A stretch of 61,332 nucleotides of DNA, counting the filler, from Sphacelaria rigidula (Eukaryota), in assembly GCA_964200075.2 (NCBI GenBank). It is 8 parts of 8 records of this genome, joined end to end, with 100 filler letters (N's around TTAATTAATTAA, not from the genome) between each part and the next. Parts side by side here need not be neighbours in the genome. Positions count along the whole stretch, not along the records: positions 46,075 to 53,653 come from CAXNAA020014253.1; positions 53,754 to 61,332 come from CAXNAA020014254.1; 6 more parts are not named here. The stretch is one strand, 5' to 3'. The notes under the pieces are model-generated. The model searched no databases and was not told the DNA's origin. It saw only the letters and a list, made by a program, of their open reading frames with translations. Of the stretch, positions 51,201 through 61,332 are shown piece after piece (position 1 is the first letter of the stretch; every line of letters starts with the position of its first letter). Made by a program: the position numbers and the translations under genes.

Positions 51201-53653
51201 CGTAAAGTATCTCTCTTCGGCACCGCCATCGCCGGGCTCGCCCACATCGCTTGTATATTCCTCACAACCAAACCAAACGCCACCAACGTCGCTATGCATG
51301 CAGCCGGCCACCCGTTTTTCACTGGATCGTATCGCCTTGGCTTGGCCTTTACAGCGTTCGCCTGCGGCTTGAGTTGCACGCGCAGCGGCTCTACGCGACG
51401 AGACAAAATATCGCGCAGAAGATAAGCGCCCTCGGCGCTCAGGCCCTGCTGTTCGGCCTGTCGCACGCTATCTGCCAGCGCGCGATCTCTCCCCTCCTTC
51501 TCTTCTGCAGGGTCCAGGAACATGTCCGGGCCCCGGTCCACCAATCGCTCCACTGCCTCATCTGCAGGAGTTTCCTTCACACTCTTAGTTTGGAACACAT
51601 CGACAGAGATGGTCACCCGCCTAGCCACTAGATAACTAGAGTCTTCGACGTCTGTCTGAACCGGCACGGCATGGGGGCGTAACTTCTCCAACGCCAGAGG
51701 ATACAAATCAATGCCGATCTGCTTTATTGTTGCCATGCCGAAGAGAATGACATCATCCCTGCCGGGCATAATAGCGAAGGTGATGGGTGGCATCTGCACA
51801 GCCCCCCACGGAGTGCGTACACTTACGGAGGTTGGGACCGTCTTGTGTGTTACCGTCACGGGCTCTCCCGTAGCGGTGTGAGCGATTTGGGGACCGTTCT
51901 GGAACGGCAACTGTAATTGAGCGTCGCCGCAGAGCGAAGACAACTGGGCCAGCAAACCCACGCTAATAGACGTAAGCGCGGACCCAGAGTCCAGAATAAC
52001 TCGTGCCATCAATGATCCTACCCTACCTGGAAAAGAAAGGTCAGCACGGAGGCATTGTGCAGTGCGATCGACAGGCACTACACCTGTCGGGGGGAAACCT
52101 TGGTTGTTGGCTACAGTCACCTGTCGCCAAGGCTGTGCTCCAGAAAATGGCATCGTCGACACCGAATCGGCATTTCACCCCGACCAAGATTCCGTGTATA
52201 TAAACGGCGCCGTTGCCGCCATAGCGGGGGCGATACCAGACACGGATCCTCCCTGGCCGGTGATTTGCGAGCTGTCCGTTCCAGCACCACCCATCGAAGT
52301 ACTACTCCCTCCTACATAAACTGCTCGCCCCGGCAAGGACGGGCCAGAAGAGCCTGAGGCAGGTTCTGAAGATGCAGCCGAAGATATTGCAGTGGAGAAT
52401 CCACCATCCGTCGCCTCTCGATTGCTGCCGCGGCCACCGCCCCCGTGTCCACCATGACCTCTACCTCTTCCTCCATGACGACCGCCGCTGGATCCTGACT
52501 GATCTTGCGGACTATTTTGATTAGCGCCCTTGTCGCGAGGCTTGAGACAATCCTGTAAAAGATGCCCATGGTCGCCACATTTATAGCATGCGCGAGTAGG
52601 TATCCCTCACGTAGACGACTGCTGCTGCTGTTTTTGCTTGCGGCGAGATCCACCCGTATTTGCCCCACCATCACGGCGTTCTACAGATTCTACAAGTTTC
52701 CACTTGTCAGCAGCCTCAACTATCGTCTTCGTCACTAAAGCCGGGTTCCGTTTCCAACCCTCCTCGTACATCAAGAGAGTCTTGATATGAGCCTTCAACG
52801 CCGGAGACGCACTGCCGTCCACCATGGCAATGGAAACTGACTCTGCCGGACCTGGCAGCCAGCTTCTGTCTTGTGCCCTGTACATGGCTTCAACCGACAT
52901 ATTTTTTAGAATACTGTTCCAGATTTGAAGTGACTGCCATTGCCCTATCCCGTACAGATAATGGTCCGTCTTGGGCCATCCTGAGAATGCGCTTGATATC
53001 AGCCGTAGCCCGAGTTTTATCCTCTCGGCCACCGGTGGTGGTATACCCAGCATGCTGCTTCACAGCATCTACGAGCTCCGCTGCGGTCATTGTTCGTCCG
53101 TCTGTGTACAGGATTTCGAAACGTTGACGAATGTATGCAGGAATCTGCCCAACGGGAACTTGAACGTGTGTCACCCTTCCTTCTTAATTTGCGATTCGCA
53201 ACCACTGTTCGTAATCGAGATAGGCCCCGAAAAACTTGCGCCTAGCTACTTTGTTCCACTCTTTACCATATTGCGGCGGACGTAACGTCTCACCCAATAC
53301 CAGTGGTGTTGCTGTCGCTTGAGCCATGCCTGACTTGAGCGTCGCCAGCGGAGCTTCCTCCAAACGCTGGTCTTGCTGCAAGCTGCTCCTCTTGTTTAAA
53401 CCAAGTGCTTCCAGCACTATCTCCTTGGGCACAAACCGTACCGGCTGCCCGTCTCGTACCTCAGCCCAAACTCTTCCAAACAGAGTGCCGAGTAATATCT
53501 AGATATTATAGCCTCTGCCAGACGATCTACAAGAGGGCTATTCAGTGAGGGACTTCTCCAGAATCCACTGGCCTCACGCTCGATAAGAACTTCTCTTAGA
53601 GCTTCCATTCACGAAGTAAGCAACAGCAGCCCACTGTCTACACATCAAAGGCT
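48300..53653 (-). mobile_element. Decayed Ty3/Gypsy LTR retrotransposon with a chromodomain (gag-PR-RT-RH-INT-CHD)
   Basis: gag-like fragments at about 52600-53300; protease VILDSGS; RT YWQMPL...PQG...VWVDD; RNase H FTDHRNL; integrase H..GHRG...C...VHFDY...IMDDLS...SDTASHF; WTGPW; chromodomain VDWEGFGPEERTWE. Many stops and frameshifts. A family L LTR end lies at about 53505-53653, and TGTAGCCAAATG at 48317 follows a purine tract (3' LTR start; the remainder is not recognisable). Confidence 0.92.
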
Positions 53654-54592
53654 NNNNNNNNNNNNNNNNNNNNNNNNNNNNNNNNNNNNNNNNNNNNTTA
53701 ATTAATTAANNNNNNNNNNNNNNNNNNNNNNNNNNNNNNNNNNNNNNNNNNNNGCAGCCAGAGCCCAAGTGCCACCGAAGTTATGCGGGGAGGTACGGAG
53801 TATTGCATAAAAAGCAAGAAAGTAGGGCTCAGGGAGGAAGGCGTTATATTGTGCACCACCAACCAAACACTCACAAGGCGTTTGACGTGCAGGGCAAGTC
53901 TCGCATGACTGTCTTTGAACAGGGCTGCAAAAAAAAAAGGTGAAAATCTCAATAAGTCATCTGTAAACCCGGCACGGGTCCTGCATGACTATCCTTGGAC
54001 CGGACGGCAGAAGAAATGAGCATATCACATGACCGTCTCCGAAACCGGACAGCAAAAGATGAGAAAATCTCGCGCAGTGATACATGGTCATCTCTGAACC
54101 GGACACAATTCGCACATTTGCCATCACCGTTCGAAATGGATGAAGAGTACTCTCACATGACCAATTTTAGAAGCGGACGGTTAACGAAGCGACGACCTCA
54201 CATACTTGACCACCTCTGAACCAGTTCAGCGAGAACACGGACGACACGTGCAAAGGCACGTGTAAAAACGGTGATGTGAAAATCCTTGCAAAATATGAAG
54301 CCCTCTCCGTCGTTGTTGTGAGTATCCCCGTCACACGTCGAACGGACGGCATGATCAGGGGGTACGGGGTGTGGGGGGGTGGGGTTGTACTCATGATATC
54401 AGATGCCATAGTCACATGACCGTTGACCTCGCACCCCTTCAACGCCGGGACGGAGCACGCCGGGTTTTCCCCGGATCAGGCTCGGAATCAATCACTAAGC
54501 GTGGAGCGCCGTGATGTGTCCGGCGAGTTCCATGAAGGGTGAGCTGCATCCTGCGAAGATTGTTCGGCCCGGAGCGTACTGATAATCTTGCA

Positions 54593-54853
54593 TACTATAG
54601 CCTCTGCCAGACGATCTGGATAAGAGGACTATCAACGAGGGACTCCTCCAGTAGCACTGGCCTCGTGCTCGACAAGTCCTTTCTTTTAACTTGTGATAAT
54701 CACGGAGTGATCCTCAACAGATCACATCACGAGCCAGACAGCAAGGGGCCACACAGGTAAGGGCCATCAATCCAGGATCCCCTGTCCCCTGACACTGCTC
54801 CAATCATGCATGTGATTATACTGAAACCTACGGCTTGGTGTCATTTGGCTACA
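54593..54853 (-). mobile_element. Solo LTR (family L) inserted in an R1 repeat
   Basis: The minus strand begins TGTAGCCAAATG (as at 48317) and ends GGCAGAGGCTATAGTA (as near 53505); R1 sequence continues on both sides. Confidence 0.7.
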
Positions 54854-55388
54854 ATGCGGATGACAGCCTACTATGAGTTGCCCCATTCTCTGGTATTGCC
54901 ACTGCCAGAGACAGCCATGGGTTAAACACTGCCTCGTGGGTGTCTCACCATTTGGGGGAGGGGGAGCGTACTCGTTTGTTGCTTGCCTTCGTCGTTTGAC
55001 CATCTACCACGCATTCCTTTTCGAGACGGAGCACCATTCCTACTACTAATATAGACAGCTCCAACACTTCGGTGCTCATTACGTTTCTTCCATACATTTT
55101 TTACACAAAAACATTTTATGTATCTTCTCCCCGTCCTGTTTCGCCGCCTGTGTCTACAATTTGTCTCCTAGTATAGCGATCGTTTTCTAGCTACTGTTTA
55201 ATGTATGAAGCGACATCATGCCACCCTCGTTTACTACCCATATTTCCCCCTCTTAACACATCCAATAACCCCCCGAGGAAGAATGATGGGAGCAGTTGAA
55301 GAGCAATGCCACGATAGGAGTGCTCTTTGATTTTATGAGGCTCTTTGTTGTGCGAGCCTCTCGATGATAGGTATCTAGGCCTTAGTAA

Positions 55389-55834
55389 CAACCGATCATC
55401 GAAATTGAGGATGGAGGTTTTCTTCGATGATGAGAACCCGGAGGATTGAAATCTTCGTACCCACACCAAATCTTCAAAATATGATATTGTTCCATTTCTT
55501 CACCTACTGGCAGCTATTAAGAAGTACTACACGTCATACAAATTTGGATTCCGATAACCAAAATGTTGAGGTCCTAGGTGAAAAACCAATTTTGGCGAAT
55601 TTCGGCGATCCGATTGGATTACCTAAATTCCTCAAGACTGTTTCTTCATCTAGGAGCCAAAATTTCGGTCATCGAAATCCAAATTTTAGGGCGTGTAGCA
55701 GTTGTCAACAGCTACCAGTAGGGGAAGGAATGGAACCATATTTTTTCGAAGATTTGGTGGGGATACGCAAAATTTAAGTTTCCAGGTTTTCATCCTTAAT
55801 GAAAAGTTCCATCCTCAATTTCGATGATCGGCTG
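55389..55834. mobile_element. Family F foldback MITE
   Basis: CAACCGATCATCGAAATTGAGGATGGA...TCCATCCTCAATTTCGATGATCGGCTG. Confidence 0.85.
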
Positions 55835-55933
55835 TTTAGTGTGCAGCCCTGAAACATTTTGGACTGAACAGTGCGCCCCTACCGTGACATTACTCTGGAC
55901 AAAACCACAGCGAGTGAAGTCATAGGGAAGAAA

Positions 55934-56430
55934 CTAATTTCGCGATGAGGAAGTAAACGAAGGTATGAGTGTGAGGAGAGAGGCCCACACAAGAAGTATA
56001 TCAAGCAAAACTATGGCAGGATTGAAGGATCGCGCTAAAGCTAGAAATGAGGTAGAAAATATGGCAGAGAATAAAAATAAGGGAATATGGGAAGGTGTAG
56101 TTAATAAAACAAATGACGATTTCGAGGGCGGGATGGAACAAATGTGGGTAGGGATGAAAAGGATCATGGCGAAACAAGCAGGAAGGACAAACAAGAAGGA
56201 ATTAGCTACCCGAAGAGCACAGAACGGTAAAATAGCTAGTAGTTCAAAGGGGAGGAGAGAAGTACCAGCAAAACAACACTCCAGAAACTGGGGAAAGCAA
56301 AACTGAGGAGAGGTTCGACGCAAAATTTGAAAAAACAAACAAACGCGTGGGCAGAGGCAAATGTAGCGGCGTCAAAACGGGAGGATAGTGACTCGATCCA
56401 AAGGATTGCAAAGAAAATTCACGAGAGATG
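55934..56430 (+). mobile_element. LINE ORF2 fragment (linker between endonuclease and RT)
   Basis: DEEV....VRREAH...WEGVVNK...MWVGMKRI; purine-rich and decayed. Confidence 0.55.
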
Positions 56431-56504
56431 ATTCTGTTTTTTTCGAGAGACCCTTACGTTTTACTCAAGTAAAAGCACTGTTTTGGAGTTGAAACTCATT
56501 GCAA

Positions 56505-59500
56505 TGTTATGGCGTTATGGGGTTGTACCGGATGTAAGGCAAGCACAGGCTCACTAGGCAAGGCAGGGGACCAGATAGTAGGCTGGATAACCGAGCCGTA
56601 CAGTAGGCAAAGGCACTTATGCACCATATACACAACGCTCCGGCACCACCCTATGTTTATGTGTCCAAGGTATCAGAATGTCACGCGTAGGCAGATAATA
56701 TCTCTTCTTGATTACTTGATCTTAACCTCTCTTCCGTAACCAATCTCTCACGCTCGATCAATCAGTCTCACCGTGATGTGAGACTTCCTTGCTCGGGATG
56801 GGATGTGGTGCTACAGGAAGGGTGACCTTCTGCGTTACTATCCGTGCTAAGTACAAGCGCACACTCGTATCTGACCAACTCTAAACAGATCTGCAGTGTT
56901 AAATTCGCCTGGAATGAGATATAAAGCCGGACTCATCAACGGGTCTGGGGCGGCATGACAACAGGCTAGTATGCTTCCATGACACTAACCCACCCAGACG
57001 AAGCTTTATTACAGCTGCGAGGGTTTATCCTCAAAAGCAGCGAAAACTGATTTTTTTCTTCACTCGTACAGTCATGAGCGGCTAATAAGGCATACCTAAG
57101 GAAACACTCCCGTACCCTCTCCCACACCTCAACAATAAGGAGAGCATATACTGCTTCGAGGAGAAGAAAAAAACTGATTCGAAACGCGGGAGCACAATGT
57201 GCTTCTGCGTGCTGGCGATCAACGAAGAAGCACAAATTACTTCGGCGTCCTAGGAAAACGAAGGGGGAAATAAGGGAGGTACAACAGGGAGCAGAGCTCC
57301 TACCTGGGGGATTCCAAAGATAAACAGCAAGATCAGTATGCGACCAGAGCAAGGGAAACAAAATCTGAAAAATGGTTAACCGACGAGATCGAGCGCCAGC
57401 CAAAAGGGGATACTAGAGCTCCAGTAGTCGTAGATGGTAGGTGGCTCCTAGTAGTCTTCCATCGTCGTCCGATGTAGATGGTCCTGCTGTTGTGGATGTC
57501 CTAGAGTAGGGTCCTAGCGAAGAAGGGAGGGCAAAAGTACTAGAGAAGGGAAGAAAAGTGGGAAGAAAAGTTGCAGTGAAGAGGCGTGGTTCAAAGCGGT
57601 GCGTGGACTTCGTGGGTGTGGTCAATTTTGCGCTGGATACCGCGGCGGAGTCCTTTGGACTTGACTCGCTGAAGACACCAGGATTCGCCTGGTGTAGATG
57701 GGCTGGTGATATATAGTATCGGCCGCAGCTTGAGCTGTATGGATCCAGGGTCATCGATGAAGCGCACGATATATGTGTCGGCCGAAACCAGGGTAGCGGA
57801 GTGGGTCTGACCCAACCACCGGAGGTTGTCGCTGCCTTTGAACCAAAGGTAGCTGCCCGTGGGGAGTATTCGCTGGTTTGCGAAGAACTTCCCCTTACGT
57901 CTTGGTGGGTGCAAATTTATAGCCATCGGCGACAAAGCGTAGTCCCTGATCGCGGTGAAATACGCGGGCTGCTGCACCACGACGCATGTTGCGGTATTTC
58001 TTGTTGTGAGCAAGATGCTGGTGTTGGCATTGCGGCCAGTACAGGAGGGTTGCACGGCGGTGCAATTGAAGGTCGGATTCGCGTTCCCAAGACGCTCTCC
58101 GAAGACCATGCAAGTGGGTCTTATACATGACAGCAATTTTGCCACCTCGACCACGGGTGATGTGGTGGCCGAAGATGGTGGACATGGTTAATCGGAGGGG
58201 TTGTTCCGTCGCGTCGTCGGTGGTAACATGATAGGGCGGGAACTTGGTCGACTAGCTGTTGAGAATGTACTGTGTGAGTCCGGCAGGCAAGTACTTGGGC
58301 ATGTCGCTTGTATCATGCGGGTTCGTGCAGGGTTTGCATCTGTGCACGGAGACGCGGGGTTTGGTGTCCTTGCCCTGGAGGTCGCGAGGCAGGTGGAGAC
58401 AGAGCAGTTTGTCACCAACGGGTTTATTATCCGGTGATGATGGCGACGGTCCGACTGTCAGGATCTCGAATGGTCCTGTCCAATTGAGGGACAATTTTGT
58501 CTTCAAAATTGTTTCGTTGGCTGCCTTGCTGGTGCCGTGGCGAATGGTCGACAAACTGTTGTAGACCCAAACCCAACACCACCTTCCCAGTTGGGGCGTG
58601 TGTGTATGAGGTTGTAGATAGCAGTGTTTAGATTTCTCAAGGCGCGAAGCGCTGATGGCGTGTTGTTCGCGCACTAGGGTAAACGCTTTGTGTTGTCGTG
58701 AATGTGCTAGTTCGTGACAGGATATCTCATCCTGATCCAATCCTTGGTGGCCATCGAACGTGTGTCGCTCAAACACGGTGATGAGCAGCCGTTTATCCGG
58801 GCACTGAAGGTCAAGGGCATAGACGGGCGTTGAAAAACGTCTAATAGGGTAAATCCCAGGTTCATCGGGTTCCGTTCAACGGCAAGCCGGGCTGAAACCT
58901 ACGGCCGTAGGCGGCAGGGGTAATCGGGAAAGAAGATCAGCGTTCCCGTCGGTTTTGCCTGGACGGTGCTTGATGTTATACTGGCATGCTGTTAAAAACC
59001 CCAACCATCGTTGTACACGCGGGTTGTGTTCGCCAACCTTGGCGAGTTGTTCGAGTGCCCCACGATTCGCGTAGATCTCAAAGGGCGCGTGAAACAGATA
59101 TTGTCGGAGGCGCTTAGTGGCCCCGCCTTCTAATTCTAGCGGGCTCAAGTTGGCCTCGTTGGGCAGGGTGGCGCGGCTGATGTAGAGGATGGGTCGAATG
59201 GAGCCATCAACCTGAGGTTGATTAGAAACCCCTCCAAATCCGTCTGTGCTGGCGCCAGTGTGGAATTGGAAAAGGCGAGAGCCATCTTGTACTGCCTCCC
59301 AATCAGGAATAAAGAGTACCGGCTTCTCGGTAAGCGTTTTCAGCATTCCGCGGGTAATATTCTTCATATCGGGGGTGATTGTACACACGGCTCCTTTCTT
59401 GAGTAACTCAGTAAGAGGGCGAATCTGTTTGGATAAACTCGGCAAAAAAATGCGGTAGTAGGATAGCCCGCCCAACAATGAGCGACCTTGAGAAATGTTG

Positions 59501-61332
59501 GTTGGCATCGGCAAGTCAGTCATCGCCCTGACTCTGTATCCGGATGTAGGTCTACTGGCGAAATGGAATGCCCCAGGAAATCCAAGTCAGTCGCACCAAG
59601 GCGAGCTATGGATGGAGACAGTTTTAAGTCGTGTGTTCGTAGGCGAGAGAGAAATTGTCGTAGAGTGCGGATGTTTGCAATAGGTGAGGCATCGAAAGCG
59701 ATAGCGTCATCTAGGGACATGACGATGTGCTCGAGGCACTCACTGACGCGTTGCATCAAGCGTTGAAAGCATCACGGAGCAGTGGCAGCGCCTTCTGGCA
59801 TTCGAAGCCACTCGTAGAGTCCGGACGAGGTACATTAGGCCGTTAGTGGGGCTGTGTCAGGGTGGATAGCATTCTGGGAAGATCCAGAAGCGAGATCAAA
59901 GGTGCGGAATATTTTTTCTTCGCCTAAGGAGTCGAAGACTTCATCAGTGCGGGGGATTGTAAGTTTACCAACCACAGTGACGCGGTTGAACCGTTGATAA
60001 TTCACGGTTATGCGTATATTTCCATTCTTTTTGGGAACGAACACAAGTGGCGAGGCCCAAGGAGAGGAGGAGCGCTGTATTAATCCCGCTTCCAAATATG
60101 CATCCACGATGGCATTTACTCTTTTGGTAAGGATTAGATTTGTCCGGTATGGCCGAGAAGGAGACGCCGGGTTGGAGTGTAACCTCAAAGGGTAGCGTTT
60201 TGCAGTGCCCATGATCCATCTTGAATCGGGAAAATCGGTCCTGGTACTGCAGCAGGACATCGCTGAGTTCTCGGATGATTGCTGGTTCTCAGTCGGGCCA
60301 ATGAAGATCACATTGATATCACGCATGTGTGGCGGCAGTTGGTTCCACATTTGCGAGGCAATATTCCGAAAATCTGGTGAAAAGCGTTGGAGCACTTCAG
60401 CAGCAGGAGGATCGGAATTTGACTGGGCAGGATCCAGGGCGTGGACCTGGGGTGGAGTCGCAGAGGCGAGGTCGAAATAAGGTTCATCGACACAATGGAC
60501 TGACTCCGTCGGAGATGTTGCGTTGGGCTCGACAGGCTCTGTCACGCACGTCTCGAGTGAGATGTGCATCAGTGAAGCAGCGGCGATCCCTAAAATATCG
60601 CCGGGTTCCAAGTTAGCATGGCCCGTAAGAGGGAGGAGTTGTTGTCCCGCCGAGACAAAATGTTCTGTGTCGGCTGGTGCGCCTATACGGGGTAACATTT
60701 CGGCAAGATAATGACCCGTAAGTGCAGGCATGCCATTTCGGCGAACTCGTACAACTGCTAAAAGTTGAGGATCGCCGGAGAGTGTAGTATCAACACTACC
60801 GTTGTGTCGTAGGTGGTAAGCAGCTCCGGTTGCTTGAGTATTCTCTTGGTAGGCAAGGGCGCCGTGGAGTGTACCAAAGTGTTCAAGGTGGAACTCTCCC
60901 CGAGGCGTGGAGTGTGGCGATGGTGGTGGAGGCGTGCGATAGGTTCGTATATCAAACCGCTTACAGCTATCTCTGCCCAATAATATGGCATGGTGCACTG
61001 TGCTGTCGGTGACAATGTATGCCCAGATGACCCGGCTGGCAGAACGAGTGGTGTTTTGAAAGAGTTGTACGCTGAAACGTACGGATTTTCATGTCGTCAG
61101 GGGTGCGGTAGAATCACCGAAACCGCCCTATACTCGAGGTTGGGTGGTGGTTTCGCAAGCTGCAGTAGCAGTGCCAGTCTGCTTCATGTGTTCTCATCCT
61201 GATTTCCGAATGAATGTTTGCGAGCTGCCGCTGTCCAACAAGGATACGCATTTCGTAGGTGTTGGAAATATGCACAGCCTGGCTGCTTGCATTGTGTGAG
61301 TTTTCACTCTGTAGCAAATTAGCGGGACAACT
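56505..61332 (-). mobile_element. Second decayed Gypsy LTR retrotransposon, with 3' LTR at about 56505-56984 and 5' part beyond the window
   Basis: ILLGRD (protease end); RT SPWASPLVFVPKKNG..RITVNY..FDLASG..LDD; RNase H ASTDGFG..ELE..RVQRW..NADLLSR. The integrase core appears deleted and only the WTGPF C-terminal part remains. On the minus strand the LTR reads TGTCATGG...CCATAACA after GGGTGGGTTAG. Confidence 0.88.

Overview
Eukaryotic, repeat-rich DNA, most likely from a brown alga (Phaeophyceae). This is an inference from short GC3-rich exons in multi-kb GT-AG introns, CBM32 and beta-propeller-repeat proteins, and the transposon content. The window is not one locus. It is eight fragments of exactly 7579 bp (1-7579, 7680-15258, 15359-22937, 23038-30616, 30717-38295, 38396-45974, 46075-53653, 53754-61332) joined by identical 100-nt N/TTAATTAATTAA linkers, so adjacency across linkers carries no meaning. 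Partial host genes: (i) a terminal exon with a Gly/Asp repeat plus two CBM32/F5-8C domains; (ii) a three-exon beta-propeller-repeat gene, possibly pseudogenised; (iii) three exons of a GDSL/SGNH-fold protein whose catalytic Ser is replaced by Ala; (iv) exons 1-2 of an EF1-beta-like gene. Mobile DNA: two decayed Gypsy LTR retrotransposons (one with a chromodomain), LINE fragments, a decayed intron-containing MULE transposase, a hAT/BED remnant and many MITE/foldback elements. The most unusual signals are a TGT..ACA MITE carrying (TTAGGG)n, with 7 copies in 4 kb; unrelated-sequence palindromes all centred on AGCGCT about 40 nt from a TGT-type terminus; and an element with a variable-number 82-bp tandem core. 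No prokaryotic system or CRISPR is evident.
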